Positions 51,413 through 64,000 of a stretch of DNA of 64,000 bases are shown piece by piece (the first letter of the stretch is position 1; each line of letters begins with the position of its first letter). Made by a program: the position numbers and the translations under genes. Source of the stretch: Camelus ferus (taxonomy: Eukaryota); the NCBI RefSeq assembly GCF_009834535.1, contig NC_045697.1, forward strand, positions 17,858,001 through 17,922,000. Reading direction: 5' to 3'. The notes beneath the pieces were generated by a model. It was not told the DNA's origin and did no database searches. It saw only the letters and a program-made list of their open reading frames with translations.

Positions 51413-53004
51413 TAACAGACATTTTGGAAAACACTAATTTAAATGTGAAGTCATTGTGAGTTTCTGAAAATATTTTCCTAATAAATCTGATTGCACCTTC
51501 TTTTCAGAAATAAATGTCAGTTTATTTTTAACTAAAGGACTCTACTGTTTAAAAATAGAGCTATTCATTTTAAGTCATAGTTTTCTGTTTCATTAATAAT
51601 ATGGTTTCAAGTATTTATTGAATGTTAACATTCAGCTGTAGATTTGTTGGGTTTATATTCACAAGTCCTTTCCTTACAGTAACCAAGCAGAGTAGAAGTT
51701 TAAACTTTCAGAACCTTTTTAATATCATTTCAAAGTGCTTGATTTTTTTTTCAAAGATTTATTTTACCTTCAGAACATTTTTTCCCAGCATTATAACAGA
51801 AGGAGCCTGGGCAGTCTGAAGTTTGAAGGCACTGGAATGTGACAAAGTGAAATGAACCAAAGTATAATTCTAAGGCAGAAAGGAAAAGTTGATATGGGAT
51901 TTTGTTCTACTTTGTCTAGAATTTTTCAAAAATATGTATTATCATTTCTAAAAGCTTTCTGAATGATGCATAGCCAGCAGTTCTTTTTTCAGGAGAAAAA
52001 AGATGATAATTTCATCCAAATATTTTTTGCAAAGACTGAAGTTGTATTTTAAAACATAGTCTTTTTTGAAATTTAAATATATATGGAGATAATGTTAAGT
52101 TCCAAGTTTGATTTCTTAATTTGTTTTTGTTGACTTTTTCATTAGTGACTCAGACTTTATTGCATTTATAAAACAATCATATACTTACAATAAGATTTTT
52201 ATTTCTTGTCTGAGGATAATTTAGCTTCTAAACTTAATATGAATATATTTTATCAGATCAGTAATAAAGATTATAGACTTTAGACATCCATGAGCAGTTT
52301 TTTAAAGAGGAGTTTATTTAAAATTAGTTCATAAAAAAAAAAAAACTGGAAAAATTTAGGGTGGGAGAATCTGACAACATAGATGTCCCTAGATTCTGTC
52401 ATTATGACTGTATTTTAGAGATGACTTTTTGTCATTGGATTTACTCATTTAACAAATACTTGAATGCCTACTGTGTACAAGCTGCTGTTCTGAGTACTCA
52501 GGATATAGCCCTACCAAAGAAAGTCCTTGCCCTTTTAGAATGTACATCTACTGGGGAAAGTAGACAGTAAATAAACATAGAGTTTAGATATTTAATAGAT
52601 ATTGAATAATAATACTGTTTGACCTAGATCAGTGGGTTTTCAAACATTTTAAAATCAGTGGAACCCTTTCTTAACTAGGAAGTCCAGTAACGTAAAACAG
52701 GTAAAATCAGAGTCGATCTGGTTAAGTGGCATGGGGTCTTAGAGCCCTGCTCACACCTTTTCTCTCACCTTCCCTAGGGTTTCTCAGAGCACAGTTTGAA
52801 AACCATTAGGCCAGAGGATTATTGATTTTAGGTTATGAATGAGAATGAGTGTAAAACTGTAATTGGAACTAAACCTCTTAATAGTTAAGGGTTATGCCCA
52901 AATCTGTGGTAGAAAAAAGTAGAAAAAGATCAGAATGCATTTTATGGATTATTATCTCTGTATATTAAAAGTCTAATAAAATTTCTCCCTTTTCTCCCCT
53001 ATAG

Positions 53005-53238
<234 letters not shown>

Positions 53239-53849
53239 TAATTTACAGCTCCCTTCCCTGTGAACACTTCAGTAATATTTGTAATGACAGAGTCTGAAGT
53301 CGCATCCCTTTTTTTGGTAAACCAGAGTCAAGAATGCCTAGTAAGCTGATTCTAGTATAGATCCACAAAATGTCCAGGGGAATATCTCTTGCTCGTGTGA
53401 GCTGAGGTGATGCTAATGAAAAGAGGAGAGGGAATTAGCATTTAGAAAGCAGAAAAAAAAAAAAAAATCAAGGATCTAGAAATTCTGTTGAAGGTAGAGA
53501 TAACTAATATGCTCAGAAGACTGCTATCTTTTTCTGGTTTGGCCTTTATACATTTTTACTTGAAGATCGCCTCAAAATATTCGTTCCTAATGCCACTTGC
53601 TTCTTTCAAGACTTGCTTCTTTCTTCCATTGGTCAGTTTTAGGCTGCCTCTCTGAGAGAGAAATACACGTGTGCTATTTAAGCAACTTTGCAAAATCCCT
53701 TATCCTTTCTGTTTTAGATTCTCCAGAGCATTTAGTATAGTATTAAACTTTGCTAGTTTACAGCACTAGAGTGAGTTCCATGGTGTATGTGACTAGAAAT
53801 ACTATAATGCAAATTCTAATAGCCACTTTTCTAAACTGTTCATTTCTAG

Positions 53850-54032
<183 letters not shown>

Positions 54033-55587
54033 TGAGTTCTGCATGCTAGGCACTGTGTGGTGGGCTGTGGACGTACTGGTAAGAACAGTCTTTCCATCTT
54101 CAGGAGCTTATCGTAGCAAGCAGTGATAAAGCTGTCAGGATGGTCATGTGCAGGGAGCTTAGAGAGGTTAGAGGAGGGTGGTCTAACCCAGTTTGGAGGG
54201 CTAGGGAATTTCCAAGAAGAGGTTGCTCCTAAGGCTTCATAAAGCAGTGTCTGAAAGTACTAGGTTTTACTCCAAACCTGTTAGCTCTGAGACCTTGGGC
54301 AAGTCCCTTACTCTCCAAGCCCCAGTTTCTATAAAACAGAGATAAGAAGAACTACGTCTTTGGGTTGCAAGAATAAAATGAATAAATTTATACAAGTACT
54401 TGGTACGTATAGTACCTGGCACATAGTAAATGGTAGTAATTAAGTTTACTCACTGCATATTAGATTTTGTTTTTTCTTATCACTTTAAAGTAAACTTAAG
54501 GGATGATTAGCAACTAGCTAAGCAAGGATGGGGAGGGTTAATGAGAAGAGCATTCTAGATAAACATCTAGGCTGTATTATTATTTAAAAAAATATATTTG
54601 ACCTTCAATTCTGTTGTGTTGTTGTCGCTATACATTTATCTATATAAAAGAATTTGAGTAGGAATACATAGTTAACCTAACTTGTCTTTAATATTGTCCT
54701 CTAAGTAAGTAGGAAGTTTGAAAAAATTTACAAGGCCTCTTACTCCTTAGCTACACTGAAATAAGTGTGACTAAAGAAGTATATTATTTCCGTACTTATG
54801 AGTACTAGAACTTCATTATAAGTGCTTTAGAGAAGACATTTAGGAAATCATTAAAATTTCATGCCAACAAGGACGTAAAGTGTTATGATAAGAGATAGAT
54901 TTTCTTTGTGGTGATTTTTTATGAGGCTAGCTAGGTTACCCGTTCATTACCTGTGTGTCCTGTGCTGTATAAATTTGTATTTCCTTCTTTAAAAAATTGT
55001 TTAATGTTAACAACTAGTCATTTTAGTGATAGAAAGCCTTATAAAACAGATATATCTTCAAGGAAAGGACTTTTAAAAAAAAACACTATAGAGGTTATGA
55101 TTAAAGAATTAATTTTTTAAAAAATAAAACTATTTTCTATATTTTATGTTGTAAAAAGAATCCTGAAGTATTACTTCAGTAAGATAACATTGTACTGTTA
55201 TTAAATAACTAGGATAGGTGTAAAATTTGGTCTTTATAATTAAATTAATTTTAATGAATATTTTTAGAAAATAACATTCTTGTTGAGATTCTCAGCTTGA
55301 GGGCACATGTGTATTTTCTTTTTAAATTATCCTAAAATAGCTTCTATGCTCCTTGAAAGTCTAAGATTGAGCATTTTTTATTTGCTATGTATTCTTTATG
55401 TGATTGTGTAAAATTAGGGTATAGAAATCTTTTTCTGATAAATGTGGTTTATCTAAATTAGTGTTAACTTCTATTTTCTTATTGTGTCTAAATAAAGTAT
55501 TTTGTGATAACAGTGCTGAGAAATATAAAAAGTAATCCGTTTGTTCTTGTGTGTTTTTTTTTCTAACTGTAATTCTTAACATTATAG

Positions 55588-55785
<198 letters not shown>

Positions 55786-56184
55786 TAAACTATATTGAAC
55801 TCTTGTTTATCCGAATCAAAGACATAAAATTTTGTTGCAGTAATTTGAGGCCACTTTTTCTTTACCTGCTTGAAAAAACAGAGATGTAGTACTGACTCTC
55901 CTGGGCAGAATGAATCCTGTTATGGGGATTCTGACTCAGAGTAGGCTTCTGTCCAGGTGCTAGTGGTCAGTTCCTGTCCCTAGAGGGGAGTTTCTTGGCA
56001 GCAGGACAAAGCCTGCTGGAAATTGGAAATATTATCTGCATAATATGAATAATTAAAACTTGATTGTATAAATTATTTTAAATGCTTATTTTGACATTAA
56101 ATGACTGTTAATATAGTCTATAAATACATTAAACTCTTAATTTTTTTTGTGCTGGAAGGGAGCAATGACATAGGTAATCCAAAA

Positions 56185-56346
56185 CAATGATTCCCAAATG
56201 TGGGTCCTTGGACAGTCAGAGTCAGTATTATGTGGGCACTTGTTACAAATGCCCACCCCAGACCTACTGAATGTGGGGCCAGCAGTTTGTGTCTTAACAA
56301 GTCCTCCAGGTAATTCTGGTGCACTCTGAAGTTTGAGAAACACTAG
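56185..56346. mobile_element. MER5A-like MITE
   Basis: cccaaatgtgggtcc...ccccagacctactgaat...tgaagtttgagaaacact. Confidence 0.75.
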
Positions 56347-56459
56347 TTGAAATATTTTTTCATTTATATTAGTTACTGAAAAAGCATTATATACTTTTTT
56401 AGATTTACCTTTTTAAATCATATAGTCTTAGGTTAATGTTAAAATTAATGTGGAGTCTG

Positions 56460-56918
56460 ATGGAGTATTACTCAGCCATGAAAAAGAGTGAAATACTGTC
56501 ATTTGCAGCAACTTGAATGGACCTGAGAATATACTTAGTGAAGTCAGTCAGAGAAAGACAGATATTACATGGTATCATTTAGATATGGAATCTAAAAAAA
56601 TAGTACAAATGAATCCATGTACAAAAAAGGAACAGACTCACAGACATAGAAAAAAATACTTAACAGTTACCCAAGGAGAGAGGGAAGTGGGGAGGGGCAA
56701 ATTAGGAATATGGGATTAACAGATATAAACTACTATACATAATATAGATAAGCAATAAGGATTTACTATATAGCACAGAGAATTATTTTTAATATCTTGT
56801 AATAACCTGTAATGGAAAATAATCTGAAAAAAGATATGTCTATATAACCAAGTCACTTTGCTGTACCCCTAAAACTAATACAATATCATAAATCAACTAT
56901 ACTTCAATTAACAAAAAA
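56460..56918 (+). mobile_element. L1 3' end (L1MA/artiodactyl type) in intron 5
   Basis: tactcagccatgaaaaagagtgaaatactgtcatttgcagcaac...aaatcaactatacttcaattaacaaaaaa. Confidence 0.85.
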
Positions 56919-57353
56919 TTGGTGCAGAGTCTAGAATACTTCTATATAGATATTAGGTAAAGCCCATTGGGAAATTTGCCTGGTAATAGGGGTAGATGCT
57001 TTTTCTTCCTAAGGTGAAGAGAAGTTATCCTTTTTAATTACCTTGACTTAATAGTTCTTGACAGTAATTGTACCTACCTCACAAAGTGGTTATAAGAATT
57101 CAATGAATTAATACATGTTAAGCACTTAAAACAATGTCTGGCACAGAATAAATGCTCAATAAATGTTAGCTAACATTTATTGAGTATTTCTTAATCTGTA
57201 TGTGTTAAATTGGAGCCTTTAATGTGTCAACATGCTACAAAAAACAAGTTAAGGTCTTGACAGTAAAGAGGTGACTGGATTTTTTCCCTTAATATTAAGC
57301 TTGATGTCCATAAAAAATGAAGTAACAGATTTTTTGTTTGTTTGTTTTGAAAG

Positions 57354-57415
57354 ACAGGGGAAATGACAATTGGTTAATCAAATATGAAAAGCAGAAACAT
57401 GAAAAGGAAATTAAG
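57354..57415 (+). CDS. PI4K2B: PI4K2B coding exon 6 (DRGNDN catalytic loop)
   Basis: ttttgaaag| acceptor and AAG|gtaagg donor. Encodes (D)RGNDNWLIKYEKQKHEKEIK. 62 nt, phase 1 to phase 0, in frame with exons 5 and 7. Confidence 0.94.
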
Positions 57416-58189
57416 GTAAGGAAATTTTAAATTAATATGTATGTATCTGAATACACACACACTATCAATTTCTGTAAAACATTCCTTCAAGTTAAGTTAT
57501 TCTTCACTACTTCCTCGTTTCCTTCACTTAGATCCTTGGTTTTTTATCTCTCTTGATGTTTTTATCATTTTTTTCTTTCCTCCCCCTATTCACATTGCAT
57601 TTTTTATTCTATTTTTAAAATCTCTGTGCAGCCTTAATTTGTATGTTGTATTAGAATAGAAGAATGATATCAGCTCAGTTCTTTTTTAGGGCTTGGAAAT
57701 TTGTTGTAGAACCACCAGATTTATTTTGCTTTTATGTAATAAAGGCTTCTAGTATTTTTTTGCCAAAGTGTTTATATTTTGCTAATTCACTTCTTTCTGA
57801 GTCTTATGACAGAATTACCCAATAAAGTGGAATATGTGTGCTTTACCTGTGAATCATATCCACTGAACTTAAAAAAATATACTTCTGTTTATAAGAAGCA
57901 GGTTTTCACACACATAATAGGCTTCAAAGACCCTTAACGGTGTCAAAATGATAGATTTTACATTCACTCCTATGAACTTTGACTCCCCAAGTTCAAATTT
58001 CAGATATGTACATAAAAGATACTTTCAGAATAATTTTACTAGTTAAAGCAGTTTATACATTTGAGAAAGTTTTAACCAATTAAGAAAAATTTCTGACATG
58101 TTTACAATCTGTGTATTCTCATAATTTAAAGCTATTGTATCCCTGTAAAAAGTTTGTAGTTTTCAGTGTTCATCAAATAAATTTAAAGT

Positions 58190-58520
58190 TACATATTCAT
58201 AGTACTCAGCAATAAAAAAAAGAACAAACTTGATGCACATGATAACATGGATGAATCCCAAAATCCTGCTGAGTGAAAGAAGCTATACAAAAGGGGAGGA
58301 GATACTATCTGATTCCTTTTATACAAAAATCTAGAAAGTGCAAACTAATCCCTAGTGACAGAAAGCGGCCAGGTTGCCTGTGGTGGGAGGGGACTGCTAA
58401 GGGACACAAGGAAACTTCTGGGTGGTTTCGCATCTGTCAGTGCTTCTCAGATTGTATACTTCAATATATAGAGTTTACTGTCTGTAAATTATACCTCAAT
58501 AAAGTTGTAAATAGAAAAAA
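58190..58520 (+). mobile_element. L1ME-like 3' end in intron 6
   Basis: acatggatgaatccca...gtaaattatacctcaataaagttg. Confidence 0.7.
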
Positions 58521-59423
58521 AGATAGAAATAAAAATAAAAGGCAGTTACAGCAGAAATGGGTTGAAAATACACATAAAAATATACACATTTATAATAGTT
58601 CCTAAATATATTTTATTGGTATATTTTAAGCAGTTGGACTTCACTGAAAACTTTGTTCTTTTGCTCTAAGTATTTTATACATTTTCAGTAAGATAAAATA
58701 TTTGATATAAACTAGCAGAAACAATCCTGGCATATATCACATGGTCCTTCACTCTAATACTTTTAATTTAAAAATTATTTTTTTCACCTTTTGTTGTTTT
58801 GTCTAGGCGACTTAAGAATGGCAAGCATCTGTTTTTAGATAATAGGAATAGATAGTAGGAAGGAGTGAAAATTCTCTTACTCCTGAGGTCTTCGTTTCTG
58901 AGAAGAATTTAGAGGTTAGAATTGGCCTACATCCTGTAATCAAGAGTATCTTGAGGTTCCTTCTACTGGACCTTATTATATTTAGCTGTGGTTGTTGGGG
59001 AGTTTTATTTAGAAATATTTTGTATTTGAACTAATTATTTCTATGAGACCTGAGGAAATACTTGATTTTAATAAGGTAACTTTGTTGAGATCTTAAAAAT
59101 ACCAGCATTTTGCAAATATACACTTAAGAAATACATCTAACAGCATTTTTTTGTCTTAGTAATTCCAAACCCTCTTCCCCAAAGAGGAAAAAACTTAAAA
59201 CTATTACTGTATAAATGTGTAATACCAAATTTTAAAAAAAGTGATTATGAAATTTTTACTGAAGACAGTTTCTTCCCTTAAAGGGTAAATTCTTTCTGCC
59301 AACTTAATTTTTATAGGCTCTTCAAATAAAATTTGTTTAAACCTCAGTAATTATTGTAAATTTATCTTTTAGAAATGTTCATAAAAATTTTTTTTATCAA
59401 CAGACTATTTTTCTCCCTTTTAG

Positions 59424-59633
<210 letters not shown>

Positions 59634-61312
59634 TAATTATTCGTTAGGGCTCAATTCTAGGCACTAGGGATGTGCGCTGCACTCTGTGGGTCTTGCCATG
59701 TGTTGTTTCCTTATTTTTGGATGACTATGGTTTTAATTTTTGGGCTTGTGTTAGTCTTGTAAATAAGTTTGATAGCTTTTCAGTTTTTAAATGTATGTAA
59801 CATGGGAATGATCTATTTTAATATTTTGGTAGAATTTTATTTTAATGTTCTGGGTAGTAGTCACTTCTAAAACAATTTAGGCCTACCTCCTCCTAATAGT
59901 GAGTAGTGCTGTGTCTGCCTTATCCGTCTCTTTTATGGTTAATGGTCAGGTTTTCTACATCTTCTTGAGTCAGTTTTAGACATTATTATGTTACTTAAAA
60001 TTACCCATGTTATCTTGAGTTGTGATTTATGGCTATAAAGTTTTTTTGTAGAATTCTCTTATGATTAAAAAAATATCCTCAAAAATACCCTCTGTGCATA
60101 TAAAATATTTAGGGGTGAAATGAAATGATATCTGGAATTTGCCTTAAAATATTTAAGTGGAGGGAAAATGGAAATAGATGAAACAAGTTTTGTGAAAATT
60201 TTGGGAATAATTGAATTAGGTTATTCAGAATATGGAAGTTCATACTAGTTGTTTTTAATTTTGTGTATGTTTGAAACATGTGTAATAGATTTGTAAACTA
60301 ATCTCTGTATTCATGACTATGTCTCTTTTAAATTCCTACTGTTTATGAGTGGATTTTTTTTTCAATAGACTTGCCAAGATTTGTCTATTATAAAGAATCG
60401 GCCCGTATATATATTTATAAAATTTGTTTTTGCTTTTATCAGATAATTGGCCTTTTATTGATCAGGTTTGCAGTTTGTTTATTTGCTTTTTCTCTTACAT
60501 TGATTTATGTCTTCCATCATTATTCTTTTCTTCTATTGTGTTCATCCTGTTTTGTTTTCCTGTGCATATTTTTCTAGGTGTCATTGCAAAACCACAGATT
60601 GAATAGGTGTTACTCTATCGTTCTACTTTTACATATTCATATTTTAAGACTTTCTTTTTGACAGGAATAATTTAGAAGTATTTTGTTTGGTTTTAAATTT
60701 CTAGGTCAGTCGATTTATTTTAAAAAAAGCCATCCATTGTTATTTTCAAGTTTTATTGCTTTATAATCTGTGAATGTAACTATATGAATTCTGCTTCTTG
60801 AAATTTGTTAATAATTCTTTTGTAATTTTATATATGGCCAATTTGGAGAACTGTATTTGAAAAGAATGTGTTTGGGCACAAAGTTCTGTATCTCTACTAA
60901 TTAAAGCTTGTTAGTTGTTAGTCAAATCATATTCTTGACTTACTTTTGACCACTTGATCTGTTAATTTTTGAGAGACAGTGAAAGGTCATTGTGATTGTG
61001 ATGTCAATTTCTTCTGGCATTTCTGTGCATTTTTTGCTTTGTATTTCACATACATAAAGGCCCAACATTTTATCTTGCTGGTGGCTTGTTCTTTTTATTA
61101 GTGTAGAATATATCCCACTTTATCCCTTACAATGTTTTTTGCTTTTCTTATTTCATCTGTTGTAACATTGCTATACCTCATTTCTTTTTTATTAGCATTT
61201 ACCTGTTTTGTTCTATACTTTCATTTTTAACTTCCATCGTTTTGTTTTAAGTGTATTACAAATGAACAGCTCTTAGCTGGAGATTTTTTTTTACCCAATC
61301 TGAGATTCTTTT

Positions 61313-63452
61313 TTTTTTTTTATAAGCAACAATTCCAAAATTTATATGGAACCATAAAAGACCCCAAATTGCCAAAGCAATCATTTGTAGGTCTTTTTTT
61401 TTCTCTTTCTTATTTTTGTTCCCTTTTCTTATGGTTTGATGATTAGAGAAGTTCCTTTAACATTTGCTGTAAAGCTGGTTTGGTGGTGCTGAAATCTTTC
61501 AGCTTTTGTTTATCTGAAGCTTTTGATTTCTCCATCAAATCTGAACCAGAGCCTTGCTGGATTCTTAGTTGTAAGTTTTTCCCTTTCATCATTTTAAATA
61601 TATCGTGCCACCCTCTTCTGGCCTATAGAGTTTCTGCTGAAAAATCAGCTGATAACCTTATGGGAATTCCCTTGTATGTTATTTGTTGCTTTTCTCTTGC
61701 TAATTTTAATATTTTCTCCTTATCCTTAATTTTTGTCAATTTGATTACTATGTACCTTGGTATGTTCCTGTTTGGGTTGATCCTGTGTGGAACTCTCTGA
61801 GCTTCCTGGACTTAGGTGACTGGTTCCTTTCCCAAGTTGGGGAAGTTTTTGGTCATTATCTCTTCAAAAATTTTCTCAGATCCATTCGCTCTCTCTTCTC
61901 TATCTGGGACCCCTATAATGTGAATATTAGTGCGCTTCATCTTGTCCCAGAGTTCTCTTAAACTATCCTCATTTCTTTTCATTCTTTTTTCTTTTTTCTG
62001 TTCTGCAGTAGTGATTTCCAGTAATCTGTCTTCTAGCTCACTGATCCATTCTTTTGCCTCATTTAGTCTAGTCTTGGTTCCTTCTATTGTGTTACTCATT
62101 TCAGTGATTTCATTCTTCAACTCTGTTTGGATATTCTTTATATTTTCCAACTCTTTGCTAAGAACTTCACTCTGCGCATCTATACTTCCCTTGAGTTCTC
62201 TGAACATCTTCGCCATCATTACTTTAAACTATTTCTCAGGTAAATTGCGTATTTCCTCATCACTGATTTCTTCCTCTGGGATTTTATCTTGTGCCTCAGG
62301 CTGGGAGATATTCCTCTGCCACCTCATGTTGTCTACCTTTCTATTGGTATTTTTAGGCAGGTTAGTTACATTCCTCGACTTTGGAGAGGTGCCTCTCTGT
62401 GGGATACATCCTGTGTGTCCCAGCAGTATGCTTCTCTCTGTCACCCAAGGGCCAGTGTCCAGCCTGTCCCAGGGTAGAGTCTGGCCTGTGTTAGTGGACT
62501 CCTTCCACAGGCTTTGTGATTATTATTTTCTCATTGCTGGCATCTGCCCCTGGTGGATGAGGCTGGACTAGAGGCTTATGCAGGTTTCCTGGCAGGTGTT
62601 GGTGCCTGCCCACTGTGGGGTGAAGCTTGTTCCTGGACCTCAGGTAGGTAGGGCTGTGTCTAGGGTTATGTCTAGAAGTGTTTGTGGCTCAGGAAGTCTG
62701 CTGATAGGTGGGGCTATGTTCCCACCCAGTATATTGTTTGATCTGAGGCTTCCCAGCCCTTAAGCTTATAGGCTGTTGGGTGGGGCTAGGTCTTGGTGTG
62801 AATGATCCAATCAAGATGTCAGCTTCCAAGAAAGCTCATGTAGATGAACACTCCCGGGATGCCTGCCACCAGCTTTTATGTCCACCGGGTGAGCTGCAGC
62901 CATCCCCTACCTCCCCAGGAGACCCTCTAAAACCAGCAGGCAGGTCTGGTCCAGGTTCCTATGAAATCACTGCCTCTGCCCTTGGACCTGGCACACGCGA
63001 GACTCTGTGTATGCTTCCCGAGAGAATGAAGTGTTTCCCCCAGACCCATGGGGTTCCTGGAGTTGAGCCCCACTGGCCTTCAAAACCAGATGTCCTGGGG
63101 TCCCCTCCTTCTGCCAATGCCAGAACCCTGGGCTGGGGAGCCTGATGTGAGGTTCAGAACTCTCACTCCTGTGGGAGGGCCTCTGCAACTTAATTATTCT
63201 TCAGCTTGTGGGTTACCCACCCGGGGAGTTTGGAGCCCAATTATATCGCGAGCATACCCCTCCGACCATCCCACTATGGTTCTCTCTTTATGTTTCCAGT
63301 TGAAGAAGATCTGTTTTGCTTGGTTCCAGTTTTTTTTTTTTTCCAATGGTTGTTTAGCAGTCAGTCGTGGTTTTGTTGTAGTCTTGAGGAGAAGCGAACT
63401 CGTGGTCCTACTACTCTGCCATCTTTACCAGAAATTCTTATTTATATACTTC
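61313..63452 (-). mobile_element. Rearranged L1 (5' UTR + ORF1 + inverted ORF2 scrap + poly(A)) with 14-bp TSD, in intron 7
   Basis: TCTGAGATTCTTTT at 61299-61312 and 63453-63466. GC-richer 5' UTR at about 62330-63435, starting ...ggtaaagatggcagagtag on the - strand. Decayed ORF1. T run at the left end. Confidence 0.85.
61443..62327 (-). pseudogene. L1 ORF1p, disrupted by in-frame stops
   Basis: MRWQRNISQ...LPEK* ...RLNEAKEWISELEDR...NIHIIGVPDREER...IFEEIMTKNFPNL...* ...QQMLKELL*. Coiled-coil and RRM motifs typical of ORF1p. Stops at 62229-62231 and 61812-61814. Confidence 0.85.
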
Positions 63453-64000
63453 TCTGAGATTCTTTTAATAGGTACACTTAACTCTGGTTTAAGTCTCAAT
63501 AAACTACTGATGTGTTTGAACTTTTCCTGCTATCTTTTTTTTCTATTTACCATGAATTTCATTTTTTTCTTTTTTTCCTTTCTTGTCTTTAATTGAGCTG
63601 ACTTGAAATGTCTTTCTTTTATTTCTTTCCTCTAATAGTTTGGAATCTATATGCAAATTGCATTTTAAAAGTGTCAAGTTTAAGGTGCCTACAGTACATC
63701 TGGAAATTTTTACCAAGCATACAGTTGGGGATTAAGGGTTTGGAACTTGAAAGAGGAATTGGTATTAAGGATATCATTTTAAAATGTCACCTTGGTAAGT
63801 GGAAGCCATGCAGTGTTTGCTATCACCGGGGAAATGATGGTGAGCAAATACATCACTAGGGCAATGTGAGGTACATAGGTACTCAATAAATGTTTCGTGA
63901 ACATTTAGTAAATGAAGGCGAGAAAGGACTGAGTAAGGGAATGGTAATGTTGAAAACCAGAGGAAAAGTCAGGAAATGAGAGAAATGGCTTAAAAGACAG

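Noticed and set aside
52628..52808. Inverted termini cagtgggttttcaaac ... gtttgaaaaccatt
   Set aside because: Most likely a common old hAT MITE. No clean 8-bp TSD and family not identifiable, so it was not listed as a novel hairpin.
61930..62571. 213-aa Ser/Phe/Leu-rich plus-strand ORF
   Set aside because: Antisense shadow of L1 ORF1.

Overview
Mammalian genomic DNA, most likely from a camelid (alpaca, llama or camel), judged from two tRNA-derived vic-1-like SINEs. Positions 1 to about 41,900 are intergenic and dense with repeats (MaLR/ERVL/ERV1 LTRs, L1, L2, MIR, DNA transposon fossils); I found no credible gene there. A CpG-island promoter at about 42.0-42.9 kb drives PI4K2B (phosphatidylinositol 4-kinase type 2 beta) on the + strand. 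Coding exons 1-7 are in the window and the gene continues past the right edge. Main observations: (1) exon 1 is one base out of frame with exon 2 at the conserved splice donor, which is either an assembly error or a real N-terminal change; (2) a 2.1-kb TSD-flanked L1 derivative in intron 7 has the structure 5'UTR-ORF1-short inverted ORF2 piece-poly(A), like a half-L1 (HAL1); (3) a SINE whose target-site duplication also encloses about 115 bp of non-SINE DNA; (4) two ultra-short retro-insertions with TSDs; (5) a loopless 30-bp palindrome made from a MIR tail; (6) a uORF. There are no prokaryotic systems, CRISPR arrays, or bona fide tRNA/rRNA genes. Repeat family names and orthologue comparisons come from recalled consensus sequences, not from database searches, and old-repeat boundaries are approximate.
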